From assembly GCA_000934665.2 (NCBI GenBank), contig KZ538741.1, positions 1-61,556 of the forward strand: a stretch of DNA of 61,556 bases. Reading direction: 5' to 3'. This DNA comes from Catajapyx aquilonaris (taxonomy: Eukaryota). Each line of letters opens with the position of its first letter. The first letter of the stretch is position 1. The position numbers and the translations under genes are program-made. The notes below the pieces were generated by a model. It searched no databases. It was not told the DNA's origin and saw only the letters and a list, made by a program, of their open reading frames with translations. Shown here one piece after another: positions 13,349-25,630 of the stretch.

Positions 13349-13424
13349 CAGTAACCCCGCTGGGCTGCTGCGCGGGCGGAATGGATTCCGTGCTTTCCTG
13401 CACCATATTCTGTAGCTCGATCAT
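13349..13424 (-). CDS. Candidate first coding exon of an unidentified gene (MIELQNMVQESTESIPPAQQPSGVT + G, phase 1)
   Basis: Two in-frame ATGs (13424, 13406), then a consensus donor CTG|GTGAGT at 13348. It lies downstream of a CpG-rich leader and CCAAT/GC boxes. No following exon was recognised in 1-13348 and the product was not identified. Confidence 0.45.
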
Positions 13425-13748
13425 AAGTCTCCGGTTTAAGTCTTGGATAATAATAATAATATCAAAAACGAGAAAAGCTAAACCCCCGTAGTGTTTGTTG
13501 CAAATAACAAGAAAAAAAAGGACCGCGCGGATCACTAGAGCATGGGCCGGCGCCCGTTGTGTTTCCGTAGGCCGGAGTGATGCTTCCTCCTCTGCGGGCA
13601 CTCGCTGGCCATTGTCGGATGAGACCGGCGGAGGCTGCTGGCAGCAGTGTGGACCACCACTTCTCGTCCCAGCAGAAGAGATGATGATGGTGGTGGTGGT
13701 GGTGCAGCAGCAGCCATCCTCTGAGCCTGGTCTATCTTGCCACTCAAC

Positions 13749-13808
13749 CCGCCCCGGGTCGGATCCGAGGGGCGGAGACTGCCCCGCCGACTCCGGTCCC
13801 ATTGGCCC
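13749..13808 (-). promoter_or_regulatory. CCAAT box plus three GC boxes (candidate promoter of the - strand gene)
   Basis: GGCCAATGG on the - strand at about 13799-13807; GC-box-like CCGCCCC (about 13749), GGGGCGG (about 13769) and CCCCGCC (about 13782) within 60 bp of a CpG-rich patch. Confidence 0.4.
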
Positions 13809-16556
13809 ACACACACTCGGAAGGGGAGGGGCTCATTGATCCGGCCTCACAACAGGCTCCCTCTAGGCCCCTCTAGCTCTCCCTCACTCACACACACTGC
13901 ACCTCGCAGTACTCGCATATCAACTCATGCTCTCTGTACAATGCACGTATGCAAAGATCGACGGAGAGACGATCAGCAAAAACAAGCGTGACTGTAATAT
14001 CAGACTTACAAATCTGTAATAAATTGCACAATTGATTGACGGTATGAACTAATGTGAAATCTCTGTACCGTATCAATAATAGTGACTGGATCACTAATGA
14101 TAACTAGAGACAAATAGGAAACAAGCACTTGACTCAGTTCCTTCAATATTTATGTCATTTGCATGCGTATTATTTAAAAAATTAAAAAGCAAATTTAATC
14201 CAGAGAGGTGTATGGACATTTGCCCACATTCCATGGGAAGATTTGTTGCTTGCCAGTATTATGCGTATGGAAATTTTCAAAGTGCAATTCAATGGATAAA
14301 TGTCATTAATATAATGAATATATACAGTTGAAATGTGCCCAACAAAATAAGGGTAAAGAATTTATACAGGTTAATGAACTTCTACTGAAAGTAAGTATTT
14401 TTTGTGCAAAATACTGTATATAACTTTAACATTTACACCGCTATCTGCATGTCCCAAAATGAGATTGCAGACAATGGTGCGAAAAATAAGGCCTTCTGAA
14501 GATGTGCAGTGAACTAACGGAGACGTTAATTTCGCCCTTTTTTTCTCATTAGCATGAAACTTATAGAACTCGCATATAAAATTACGTGATTATGATAGTT
14601 TTGACCCGGGAAGTGGATATATGCGTAGGTTTTATAGTACAAAAAGTTTCAAAACTGCCGAATCGCTATTCACGTTCTAAAGGGCGCAATTTATAGAACA
14701 TTTAGCCCTGGGCAGCTGGTGAGCAAATAGCAAAAGTTTCGGCAGTGACGTCGATACTGTAAGGCGAAATGATACCGGTTATAGTCTGGCGCAGTCTATG
14801 AAGTCGTGGACAAACAAAATCTGGCTGGTAATAATAAGAGCCTGGGATATGACAAGGCAGCAGCAGCAGACTTTGCATGCGGAACATCAACAACCCAGGG
14901 AACCCAAGTCGTATCCAGAGAAGCATTAAACATTGACGACCCAACAGTTGAGTGTGAACGAAAGAGAAAATGGCAGTTTGGGCGACCAACTTATGAAACC
15001 ATCATAAGAAAAGGAATCTCTCTCTTGGTGGGTGGGAGGCTGGGAGAGTTAAAAAGGATGAGCGTTGCTATGCCCTGGGTCCAAGGGGGGGGGGGGGGGN
15101 GGGGGGCGATAAAAGGAGGACCGTTTTTGGGGAGGGCCTTCATGACTTGCTGCCTCAGACGTGAGTCGAGTATTGCCACGCCAATGTCCCTTCAGACACA
15201 TTTACAACCCTGCCAGATGACAGCGCAGGCCAGCACAGCCCAGCATGTCACTGGACTCGAAGGAACATATACGTAAATGCTGGGACCACAATGGGTTTTG
15301 AGGGTGTAACACGCGGTTTCATTTTTTTATATTGAAAAGTTTGTACTATGCCTACAATGAAAACATGATTGCTATTATAAGAGGAAGGTGACAACTTTTT
15401 CAGTCAAGTGCTAAAAAAGTAATAATAGCTCCTAAAACCAAAAAGACATGCCAACAGTACATGCATGATTGCATACCGGTAATTGGTATTGTTGGCAAAA
15501 TGAAACATTCCAGGACTTCGTAACAAATAGGGACCAAAAGCGTTGCATTTGCTTTGCAAATTAAAGTAACTCACAGCGAATGTATACAGCCCAAGAGATA
15601 TGATGCAGAAGAGTAGAGAATATACCAACTTGCGCATTGTTTTTGGTAGAGGCTATTTTAGTGAAGCTCTCACATTGCTTAGCTAATGTTCTCTTTAATT
15701 TTCCACATGCGAGCACAGGAGCAAGACAATTTTATCATCACTTCCAAATAACTCTAATTTCTCTGGGAAAATAAAGTGCAAATTGGATTGCACGGCACAT
15801 AATTTGGCACTCTACCTGCCAACCAGTTTCCAGGCAGCAAAATGAACCTGAATATATGCATAGAAATGAAACCAAAAAAATGACAATGTAAACTTACAAG
15901 TTAATTCAAGCCCTCACATTTTAGTTCCAGCTAACTTTTGCAGAGCTTCAGGGTGCAGACATGCCATATGCTGGGTACAAAGTACCAGCGTGCGTATATA
16001 TACTCAATAGTATGAAACAAAAAAAAAATGTCTCTCTATATTCTGGATGAGGGACTTGAAACCATCTGCCATCCTTGATTAAGTGTTCTTCTGAGAAATT
16101 AAAAATTCTAAACTGCAACGAAGCAGTGCGGCTTGGTCTAGCCCGCGGGCGAGCTTATCTTTTTTGCTGCTCTGCTTGAATTTTATGAATTTTAAGTAAG
16201 GGGTATGTAGCTGCCAGGGATTTTGCGACAGCCCGAGAGAGGAGGCCAAGACAGCGAAGAGGATCTTCCCAGTTGTCCCTCATACATTCTGGCATAAAAT
16301 TTGAGATGGAAAATAGGATCGAGCGGCAGTTCAGTCCGCAATAAGCGACAAACCGCGATTGATTGCATATTCACGAAGGGAAAAAGACAATGCGGATTAA
16401 TTTTTTCCCTCTCCTTCCGCCTACTGATTCCGCAGAAATTTTCTCCTGGAATTTCGCAGACTCCGTTGACTCTTCACTTGCAGCCATCACACGTCTTTTA
16501 TACATATTTACACAGTCATTCTGTTCAGCTACACATTATAGCCGTAATTATGCAGT

Positions 16557-16955
16557 TTCTAAAAAAACATTTGAGTGAAAATTTCAATCGAAAATAGGCA
16601 CTTTCGCAAAATACTCGTTTTGAGTGAATTTCACTCCTGAAATATTAACTTTTACTCAAATATAGCCTCCTGAAGCCCAGATTTTTTGTATTTTTTTAAA
16701 AAGTTTTTAAATTTAAAAAAAAATTATATATTTTTTAAAATTTTAAAACCCAATGGCTAGAGGGCTGTACGCTGGGTGTCAGGAGGATAGAGGGAAAAAT
16801 TTACTGGAAATAAGAGTGAAAATGAGCTGGAAACTATATAACTTATACTCTTTCAGTGAGCGTGCAACCAATATATTTCTCTCAAATAAAGTGGCAAATA
16901 AATCAATTCAATTTGAGTGAAACGATCAGATTCAGTGTTTGAGCCGTTTGAGTGA
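16557..16955. mobile_element. GAGTG/CACTC-rich non-autonomous DNA element, copy 1 (interrupted by a nested insertion)
   Basis: Colinear with 26207-26497 both before (GAGTGAAAAT.TCA...TTTCGCAAAAT...TTTTGAG.GAATTTC) and after (AAAAATT.ACT.GAAATAAGAGTG.AAATGAG) the insert. Confidence 0.65.
16666..16786. mobile_element. Small nested MITE (piggyBac-like termini) inside copy 1
   Basis: Termini CCTCCTGAAGCCCAG and CTGGGTGTCAGGAGG are a 13/15 inverted match around an AT-rich, near-palindromic core; absent from the related copy at 26207. Confidence 0.6.
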
Positions 16956-16993
16956 GTGCCAATGGTGACTATAGCTATTCATCTTATCAGGAA

Positions 16994-17136
16994 ATATGCT
17001 CTAAAATATTTTGAGTGAGGTTCATTCAAGTGATCGAGTGACTTCCACTCAATTTGTAATCGCAATAAATCCAGGTAGATGATTTAGTGAAAAATCACTC
17101 AAATTGAGTGGAAAACCACTCATTTTTAGAGCATAT
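16994..17136. mobile_element. GAGTG/CACTC-rich foldback MITE, copy 2
   Basis: Perfect 13-bp terminal inverted repeat ATATGCTCTAAAA / TTTTAGAGCATAT; internal GAGTG...CACTC hairpins. Confidence 0.75.
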
Positions 17137-17289
17137 AATTTATCATGATAATTTTATTATTATTCATTTAACCCTGTGATAGGACTACATATGGATTTTT
17201 GGGGAGTGGTGTACTGTACACACCACCATCAATTTTCTTGTACTGTTTTCTTCAATCTCCGGTGCAAGGAAACAGGACAATGGGAGAGG

Positions 17290-17516
17290 ATATAGGGATT
17301 TTTGGGGAGGGGACACGGGTGCAAGTGCAATGTCTCAAGGTTGGGCCCTGTGCAGTCCCCCAGGAGGTTAGGTTGCCAGACACCTCCAAAGGTGCAGGTC
17401 AGAGACCCTCCCGACGCAGGTGAAAGGGAACTCCCCAAGGAACTCCCAGAGGGGGGGATCAAACCTGGGACCTTTCACTCAGCAAGCCGAGACGTTACCA
17501 TCTCGTCCCCCACACC
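17290..17516 (-). mobile_element. tRNA-derived SINE (degenerate; far boundary approximate)
   Basis: Minus strand reads GGTGTGGGGGACGAGATGGTAACGTCTCGGCTTGCTGAGTGAAAGGTCCCAGGTTTGATCCCC: degenerate A box, and B box GGTTTGATCCC (one mismatch to GGTTCGANNCC) at tRNA-like spacing, followed by a GC-rich body. Confidence 0.55.
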
Positions 17517-20500
17517 TTCCCCTTATCCTGATAAGATGAATAGTCACCAGTGACACTGTATATGAATTTATACTATTGTTTCTAGTATTTTACTACCTTG
17601 CGGACCCAGAGCAGCGCTATACTTGTATGCATAGGGCAAGTTTGGATATATTGCTGTACAGAGTGAGTCAACCGGGTGCAATATATTTGCTGTGTGTGGA
17701 TATTGGGGTGGAACAAGGACAAAGGTGAAGTTTCCTTTCCCTCTTTCCCTCCCTCCATACGTTGCATCTTTTCCCTTATTGCCCCCTATAGCTCTATCCT
17801 GTGCCCATCATGTATTGTGATGAGCCATGCAGCAGGCAGGCATCAGGTATACTATATGAAGGGGGGATAGTGCAGTGATGACCATGCCGGGGGTCCCGTC
17901 GGTTCTACGTAGGTTCCCGTGCGTGTTGGGGCCCCCAATCGGCGTGTTTTATGGCACTCTGGATGCCCCCAGGCCATAAACATGGAGCCTGCAAACAGAC
18001 GATGTGGCGGTGTAATTTCCGTTTGTGTGTTGCACCACGGCCATTTGACGGTTGGGGGGCAGCCAGGGACAAAAAAAAATCAGTTGACAAACTTCATAGA
18101 TAAATAGCGGTCATCATTGTTTTATAGCAGTGTGTTTGCCTTCATATTGAAGGTACATAGTCACGGGAGTTTAATTTAGCTCGTTTGATGGAATGCAAGT
18201 AAGGCCGTCAAAGGCAGATATACAACACAACAGTTGCGCAGATTGTAAGAATGACCCAGTCACAACACAATGCTCCACCAAGTGTAATTAAAGCGAATTT
18301 TCAGTCGTTGAGATGTGATGCCTCGATGGGCATTAGTTTTCAATAATGAAGGCTCGCAAGTCTATCAATCGAGTAGCAAACGAGACGTGCCGTGCGCCGG
18401 ACGCGTGCAGCCGCTTTGGAGTCGGTTTGGCCCAAAGGATGCGTACAAAAAAAGGGTATCCGCCTAATGCTTACAGCATCAGGGGTCCAGAACCCGCGAG
18501 AAAAGGGGGACGGACGAAACGAATCGGGGCCTTTTCAGGGACACGTGGGCCTCGGGCTGATGTACAGCAAGTAACATGCAGAAGGCGCACCTGCCATCCG
18601 ACCAAAGCCACCTTTGTCATTCTAACATCATGTCAGTCCTACCAATCTGGCTGAAATAGTGTCCTATTGTCACGACCATTTTTTAAACTGATAGATAAGT
18701 GTTGTGTACGTGTTATTACAAGGCATCAGTGCTTTTATACGGTTGGTTGCTATTTAAAATTACATTATAAATAAACAAGCAAAAAAAAAGAATAAATCAT
18801 ATAAAGAATTGGCTATAGGCGTGACTTTGTTCATGCACGGATTGACTCATCACCAGCGTGCCAGTTACCTTTAGGCGAGTATGTGGCAGGTAGTGCACCA
18901 GTAATGTATGCGATGTGTTGGCTGGCATCCCTGCTTGCTGGCCCCTGACGTCGCCTTCGTCACGGCGATATAGAGCACATGTAGAGGCAGAGGGGGGGGG
19001 GGTGCTGCTGCTGAGGGTACGATTTTTGGGATGAAGGGAGGGGGGTACATGGAGAGGGGGGGGGTGACACCGGTGCAGGCGGGCTTCATGCATATGCGTG
19101 GCGTCAAATTCCAAAATGCATGCCGCTCGGCGTGACATTTCGTGCAAAGAATGGATTGCGGCTGCACATACAGAGGGGGAGGAAGGTCGTCGGCATGGGG
19201 AGGGTGTGGGGGTGAATGGTTGCGTCAACGCAGTCAGTCCGCTACCAATCTACCTCGGTGATGCATATTCAAGCCCTCCTTGGTTGCTCGGGGTGAGGGT
19301 CGGAGGTCCTGCATGGCTATATGCTTGGAGGGGGTGACTATACCACCATAAGGTTCGGGGGCGGATCCGGGGCCGGGGATATTGTCCCGGAGGATTAAGC
19401 TCCATAGGTTTCATGGGGAGGGGTGGGACCGCCTGCCGAATATTTCCCTTGTTTCCTGGAGACGGAAGATCCTCAACAGAGGGGGTGCTGGAGGGGGGGG
19501 GGGGGGGGATGGATATATTGAGCTCACCTTCCCCGGAACCCTCTTCATGCTATTGTCCGACTATTCTTCTCCAGTGTCGTGATTAGTGTCGGTCACTAAC
19601 CGGACGATATTGGCAACTTCAATGCGGACCTGTCGTATAATTATACTGTATACCAGCCGTTTCAGTCAGGGAGTGGTGTTTACCATTTAACCAAAGAGTT
19701 TAATCCACGGAAAATCTGCTGGGATTATGTAATAGGTATTGTGAATAAAACATAAAGCATCGTAACCAACACGATTCCAGTGTTGATAACAAAATAATAT
19801 TGTGCAGGGTGATGCTCAAGTTCAACGGATGGTGAAGAAGGTAAGGATTGTTTACCCCGTCAGTCAGCTGAAATAGAAAAATTCAATTGAAATCAACATT
19901 AACTTGTCGTGATTGGTGCTTCTATTTAAACCTGTAGTTGAAATTATACTAATTGTGACTTCTCGAGCGTACAGCACAAGTACTTACTGATGACTTGGGT
20001 CAGTTGGGTGCATGTACGAGTATTTCGCGGAAAGAAATGGAACAGCAAATGTTCTAGGCAATCATTTCAGTGAAAGTTTTCACCGCCTCCTAAAAGGGTG
20101 GATAAATGGCTTCCAGTCTGGTTGTTGAGTAGTTGTTTTTGATCCTTGACTCAGTATCCTAAACATAGGTCTCTTGTGGCCCACTTGGGAGCAGATGTGA
20201 CTGCTAAGTTAGCGAAGTCATTCACAGCCTTTCCGTCACATCTTAACCGATATTAGCTTTGTAATTTTGTGCGGTCCACATTGAATGGGATTAATCCATT
20301 AAGAGCATGGAGCACAACAGACAGGAATTTTCGCGGTTAAGCACTGCTGTGTGTACTGGCGGAATGCTATTAAAGATATATAGGCAAACTGAAACAATGT
20401 GTTCATTATCCCATTAGAATAACGCCTACATTCAAGCCTTTCGCAACAATTGGGCAAATAATGTTGATTAACGTTACGGACATTGTTTTTGTGGAACCAA

Positions 20501-21085
20501 TGTGCGGCACCCAATGCCACAAGGGAAGTCACACGCACTTGCCAAAAACCACAGCGAATTCCGTAAGAAAAGAAAACCGATAGGAATCCGAGAGATAAAC
20601 CTCAGGGAATGACTGATATTTTTTTTGCAACATCAATAGTACTGCATGCTCCGTGTCTATGGGGAAACTTCTTAACATTTGAAACATTTTAAAGTGGTCG
20701 ATTTCAGTAACTCACATTTATTCGTGACTTTTGAGTGCTGATCTTCATTAAATGCAGCAACAAACCACATTTTTAATGACCCAGTTATTGCCTCGTACAT
20801 CTGATCATCTCTGAGCAACATTAAGGCCAGGAGACTACTGAAATTGTAGCTAAAAGTTTCACTGGTTGGACTTTTCAAGAGAAAGTGCCTTACTTTTAAC
20901 TCGCCTTCTTTTTCTCGGCTCCGTTTCAATTTTTTTCCCTCTCCTTCTTCTCTCTCTCTCTTCTCTCTCTCTCAGTCAGCCCCCGAAGCCACCAAGTCTT
21001 CTGGCCAAGTTCTTCTTCTAAAAGTTGCAACTTTGCCAAACTCCGATCCAAACTTTCTCATTCGACGCTGCAGTTTAATATTAGG

Positions 21086-21120
21086 GAGGAGGAGGAGGAG
21101 GAGGAGGAGGAGGAGGAGGA
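21086..21120. repeat. (GGA)n trinucleotide repeat
   Basis: About 12 units, read directly. Confidence 0.95.
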
Positions 21121-22158
21121 GTGAGGTGGGTAGGAGTGGGAGGTAGTGGAGAGGGGTGAGCAAGAATTCTCATTTGACCTGGGGCTTTGAAAAATGAAAT
21201 AAGGCAGCAGCAGCAGGGTTTTCTTCTTTTTCCAGAGCCCCCCTCTTTTTCCACCCCCTTATACCCTCCATCCCCCCCCTCTCTTTCTCTCTTCTTCTCG
21301 TCTGCTGCTGCTCCGCAACAGGAACAGGCGCCTCATTTTATTTAGGCGGCTCCCTTGATTAATGACAGGACTTAATTAAAAGTAAAATTAGAATTACATT
21401 TCTCACGGCTCATTCGGCGGCGGCGCCACGGTGACACACCATGTGCCGAAGCCCTGCTCATTAGGGCCCCCCGAACATTTGCAAAAGAGTAATTGCAGCT
21501 CTGCTCAACAGCGTGTTCGGCAAGTTTCACCAAGTTGTTTCCTATCCTTCTCCACAAGGACTGCCTGCTGCTGCTGCCATAAGATGATAAACAGATGGGG
21601 AGACCTCCGGTGTGGTCCTTAAGACATCCAGTTTTTTGAAAGGGGGTGGTCCGTATCTCTTCAATGTGGTCAAATGACGTTTGAAGATTTTGATTGATAA
21701 GACGGGGTTTTATGATTGGTCGCTTTATCTGAGGTGGGGATCTAAGGGGTGAGCCTGGGAGATCCCCGAGACTATAAATCTTGCAGATGCTATCCGGCGA
21801 TGAGAGCTCTCGGGAAAAACAAACCCGGGATTATAGGTCAGCCGTGAATTGGATGCTAAACTCATCCAAATATAACGGAATCGGGTCGTAATCTTACGTC
21901 ATGCCACCAACACCTCTGGACTATTGTTGGAATAGTGACTTCAACGGCTTTGATAGCAACAAACATGAGGAGTACTATAGTGGTTCTTACTCTCTGTTCG
22001 TCTTTTCCTGTAGGCTATATAATTTTTGCCCATAATAATATCCATGAGATGTCATGATTAGCCCTATGGGTTTGAATTTTCGTTGAAATATCAATACAAC
22101 CAACTTAAACAGGATAATAATAAATTTATAGTATACTGCAATAATATACAGTACGGTG

Positions 22159-22345
22159 TAGGGGTCGCAATTTTTTGTCCGGGTGCAAATTACTCATTTG
22201 GATAGGTTAATATTTAATTATTGAGTCTAGACGTGTTAAAAAACGGGACCATCTGGTGTTCAAACTCGCCATACTCCATTCGGAGTGCAGGTTACAATTT
22301 TGGTGCGCAAATTGCACCTTTGCATCCGAATATTTCGACCCCCTG
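22159..22345. mobile_element. Possible hAT-like MITE
   Basis: Termini TAGGGGTCGCAA and TTCGACCCCCTG; subterminal GGTGCAAATT / AATTGCACC inverted pair; no intact 8-bp TSD. Confidence 0.4.
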
Positions 22346-25300
22346 AAATAATGCATATAATATAATAATGCATATAGCGATAATTTTTGCTCATAACTTT
22401 GAGTATGAATTCAATAATGTGTCAACCCACAACAATGCCAAAATTGAGTTAAGCATAGGAACATTTACCCAAAGTATCGTACTGTACTTCATTACGAAGT
22501 TAAAAGCAAGCTGGGGAAATCTTCCAACTTCTGCCATAAATGGCTGAAAAGGACACTGAATTGATTTCACAGGTATGACATTTAAAGCATTCTCTGAAAA
22601 CTGTTCTCATGTGGGTTACTCATTATTGCATAACACCGTCCAATTAAGGAGAATTTTTTCAATTATTCGCAAGAGTTGCCAGTCAAAAATTCATAGTTTC
22701 ACATGCAGTCGACACGACTTGGTCTTAGAATACACCAAAATAACGATAATCTTTGAGTCAGTTTGACCTGTGCAGCCAACGGAGCATATAAATATATCAC
22801 TAGGTTGATTCCCTCGATAAAAATAGGAGATCACAGCGGGGCTGATGGAATGCGGCTCTCACTGGAGCAATATGTTAAGACCTCTCCAATTAAACGGAAG
22901 CTGTGGGGTTTGTTTTGGGACGAAGTAAAGTGTGTAGCGGATGCACCCTCTGAAAGTTTGGGTGGGTGTGCAAAAAGGAATGGTCCGGAATGAAAGAGCT
23001 GCGGGAGTCATTTGTTCGAGTTGGCGCTGGCAAATGAAGCCGACGACGCCATGTTTTCCTTCGCAGTGATTGATGGCAGCTTTTTCCCCTTGGAAACTCA
23101 GAGCTTGCTAACTACTTTCTCCCGTTTCCTCCGCCTTTCAAGATGTGTTGAACCGAGACTTCTTAAACGACGAAATGAGCGGAAATCTATTTGGAAACGG
23201 GAACAAAAGCAAACTCGCCTTTTTTTCCTCCCAGAAATGCGGAACAGCTGGGCGCGATTAATAAGTTGCATTCGGATAGTTTTGCATGAAAAAAAAACGT
23301 GTCAAAACGCGCAAAATTAATGGCAGCGCTTACTAAAAAAACCGGTTGTTTCTTTTCTGATAACCTTGTTTGCAATATGCTTGATGTCGAAGTAAAAACT
23401 GCAACCGTTTGGAATGTTGGGCGGAACACACATCAAAAAGATCACCAGTCATGTTGACTAGGAAATAATTTGTGACGGGCAGCAAACTTGCATACCTTCG
23501 TCTCCATTCATTTTGATGATATGCTGCCTGTGGCACATTCACCATCTACATTCAATTTGCGCGGTGTTGTTCAATCGCCCAACCCGCTTTTTCCTGCTGA
23601 AGTGTCGAATGATCAAAATGCCACAGGCATTAATAGTACATTAAACCATTAACATAATAATGAAATGTGGAGCAATCAGCTGAAGTGTAACTAGAAATTA
23701 ATGACGAACGTGTAAAGAGATGTACTGAAAGTCGGTCTAGATTAAAACAGTGCATTTAAACAGTTGTGTGTGAATCCGGTTGATTAATAAGGCAAATGAC
23801 ATGAATCAATATGGACAAAATTTTTGGCGGTTTAGGACACGGTCATAACACATTAATTTGAGGTCCCATTTGATTGCGCAGAAAAGTTTTGATGTGTCTC
23901 TCAGTGTTCGGGCAGATTTTCTCCGGATTCTTCCTTGTCGATCAGAAGAACGAGTTAATCTTCTCGGATATTTAACACAAATTTCCAATCACTCGTTGTT
24001 ATTACTACTTTTAACTCCGAATTATTTTAGGAGAAAGTTTTAGTCACATGCTGAAATATTTCTGTTTGAACCGAGCGAAATGAAGAGGGTTTTATAATGA
24101 GCCAGAAGACTCCAATTTCATTGCCGATACACCGCACGAATAATTTGCACTTTTATAGCGAAGTGTCACAATTTTTTTTCCATAGCGGCATGTTTGATCT
24201 TTTGAGATGCGCGTTGTACGTATATAATTTATCTGAAAAATTCTGGAAAGCAACCCAAGTTATTTTTAAGGTGCAAGTTAATTATTGCATGCACGTGGAG
24301 GGTCCTGATGAGAAACTCCGGAAATCACACCGCTCAGTAAGAAACCATCCATCCAAGCAAAAAAAAGTGCTGAAATGAGTTTCAGAGCCGGGCAAGAAAG
24401 AAGCCCATCAGCATGTTATGAGAATCCAGCTTATTTCGCAGCATCAAAAGAAAGTGAGTCAGAGAGAAAAACCACTATGCAGTACATTAATATAGAGCGA
24501 GGTGAATTCTGCTGGAAGAGGCTGAATTATATAACTGGGGAAGTTCATATTAAATTATGAGATTTGACTATAGAAGTGCGTCTGTAAATGTTTTTTATTG
24601 AGAAATATGAGTCAGGTTTTTATTATTCGGCATATAATTTTGATAACTACATGCAGTCTGGGTTTATGCAGCATATATATACAACCTGCACACAGGGGCC
24701 GGTTTTTGGTGAGACTGTGGGTGTAGCCTCTGTTTGACAGGCAGGCAGCCTCATTTTGGAATCAATTGGGAGTGGCGCAGAGATTCCGCCCCGATTCTTC
24801 CCTTTCTGCTTTGGCTTTGGACCGGACTTTTGTGCTGCGGCTCATCTGCATGGAGAACAGCTCTATCTCCGGGGCCAAAGAAAGGCAAGCTTTTTTTGGG
24901 AGGGAGGTAGAGGGGGAGGGGGTTTTTTGAAAGGGAGGGAAACGGTTTTCTGGCTGACAGCATAGTGAGCAACAGTCGTATAGCAAAAGGACAAGCGGCA
25001 GTGGCAGGCAGGCAGGCAGGCAGCAGCCCAAAGCCAAGAGCAAACACAATTTCTTGTGTGCCACGTTCCCCAACTGCCATGGCGAGAGCACTGCGTTCTT
25101 TTGATGTGCAATGAGCCATCGGTTTCCAATATTGAGATCTCAAGGACTATCGAACACTGTGCTTAATTAAACTTGAATCGAGCCTTCCCCCCCTTGTTTC
25201 CCATTGCTTGCCTTCCTGCCTTCGCCGCCACTGCTGCTGCTGCTTTTATTGCAAATGCTGTTTTTGCTACTCGGATCCTAAATATCAGTCGGCTCTCCCC

Positions 25301-25377
25301 TTATGCCCACCCATATCTATCTCAATACACGATCAATTTATCTATAACACAGTTGGTCCCATCAGTCATACAATAAT

Positions 25378-25630
25378 ATCTCTAAAAAATCATTCAGAGT
25401 GAAGTTTTCATTCAAAAAATGAGCAAAAAAATGCTATTTTTGAGCGAATTTCCCTATGCAAACATTTACTTCAGCTCAAATTGCTCGAAAGAAGAGGTAC
25501 CTGTATACTCATTCTGAGTGAAAGTCACTCGAGAGATGGAGTGATTTTCACTCAAAACGACTGGGAGCGAAATCACGTGGAAGGAAGAGTAAAAACGAGT
25601 GGACAATACTCCAATTTTTAAAGAGGGATA
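25378..25630. mobile_element. GAGTG/CACTC-rich MITE, copy 3
   Basis: Termini TCTCTAAAAAAT and ATTTTTAAAGAGGGA; shares TTTTGAGCGAATTTC.CTATG.AAA.ATTTAC with copy 4. Confidence 0.65.

Noticed and set aside
13349..13424. Assigning the orphan exon to a Pax or FoxP gene
   Set aside because: A phase-1 T-G junction fits paired-box starts and MVQES loosely recalls vertebrate FOXP N-termini, but both are too weak and no paired or forkhead exon is in the window.
24295..24340. CTGATGA...GAAA hammerhead-like core
   Set aside because: Stem II lacks the closing G-C pair and no stem III with a UH cleavage site forms.
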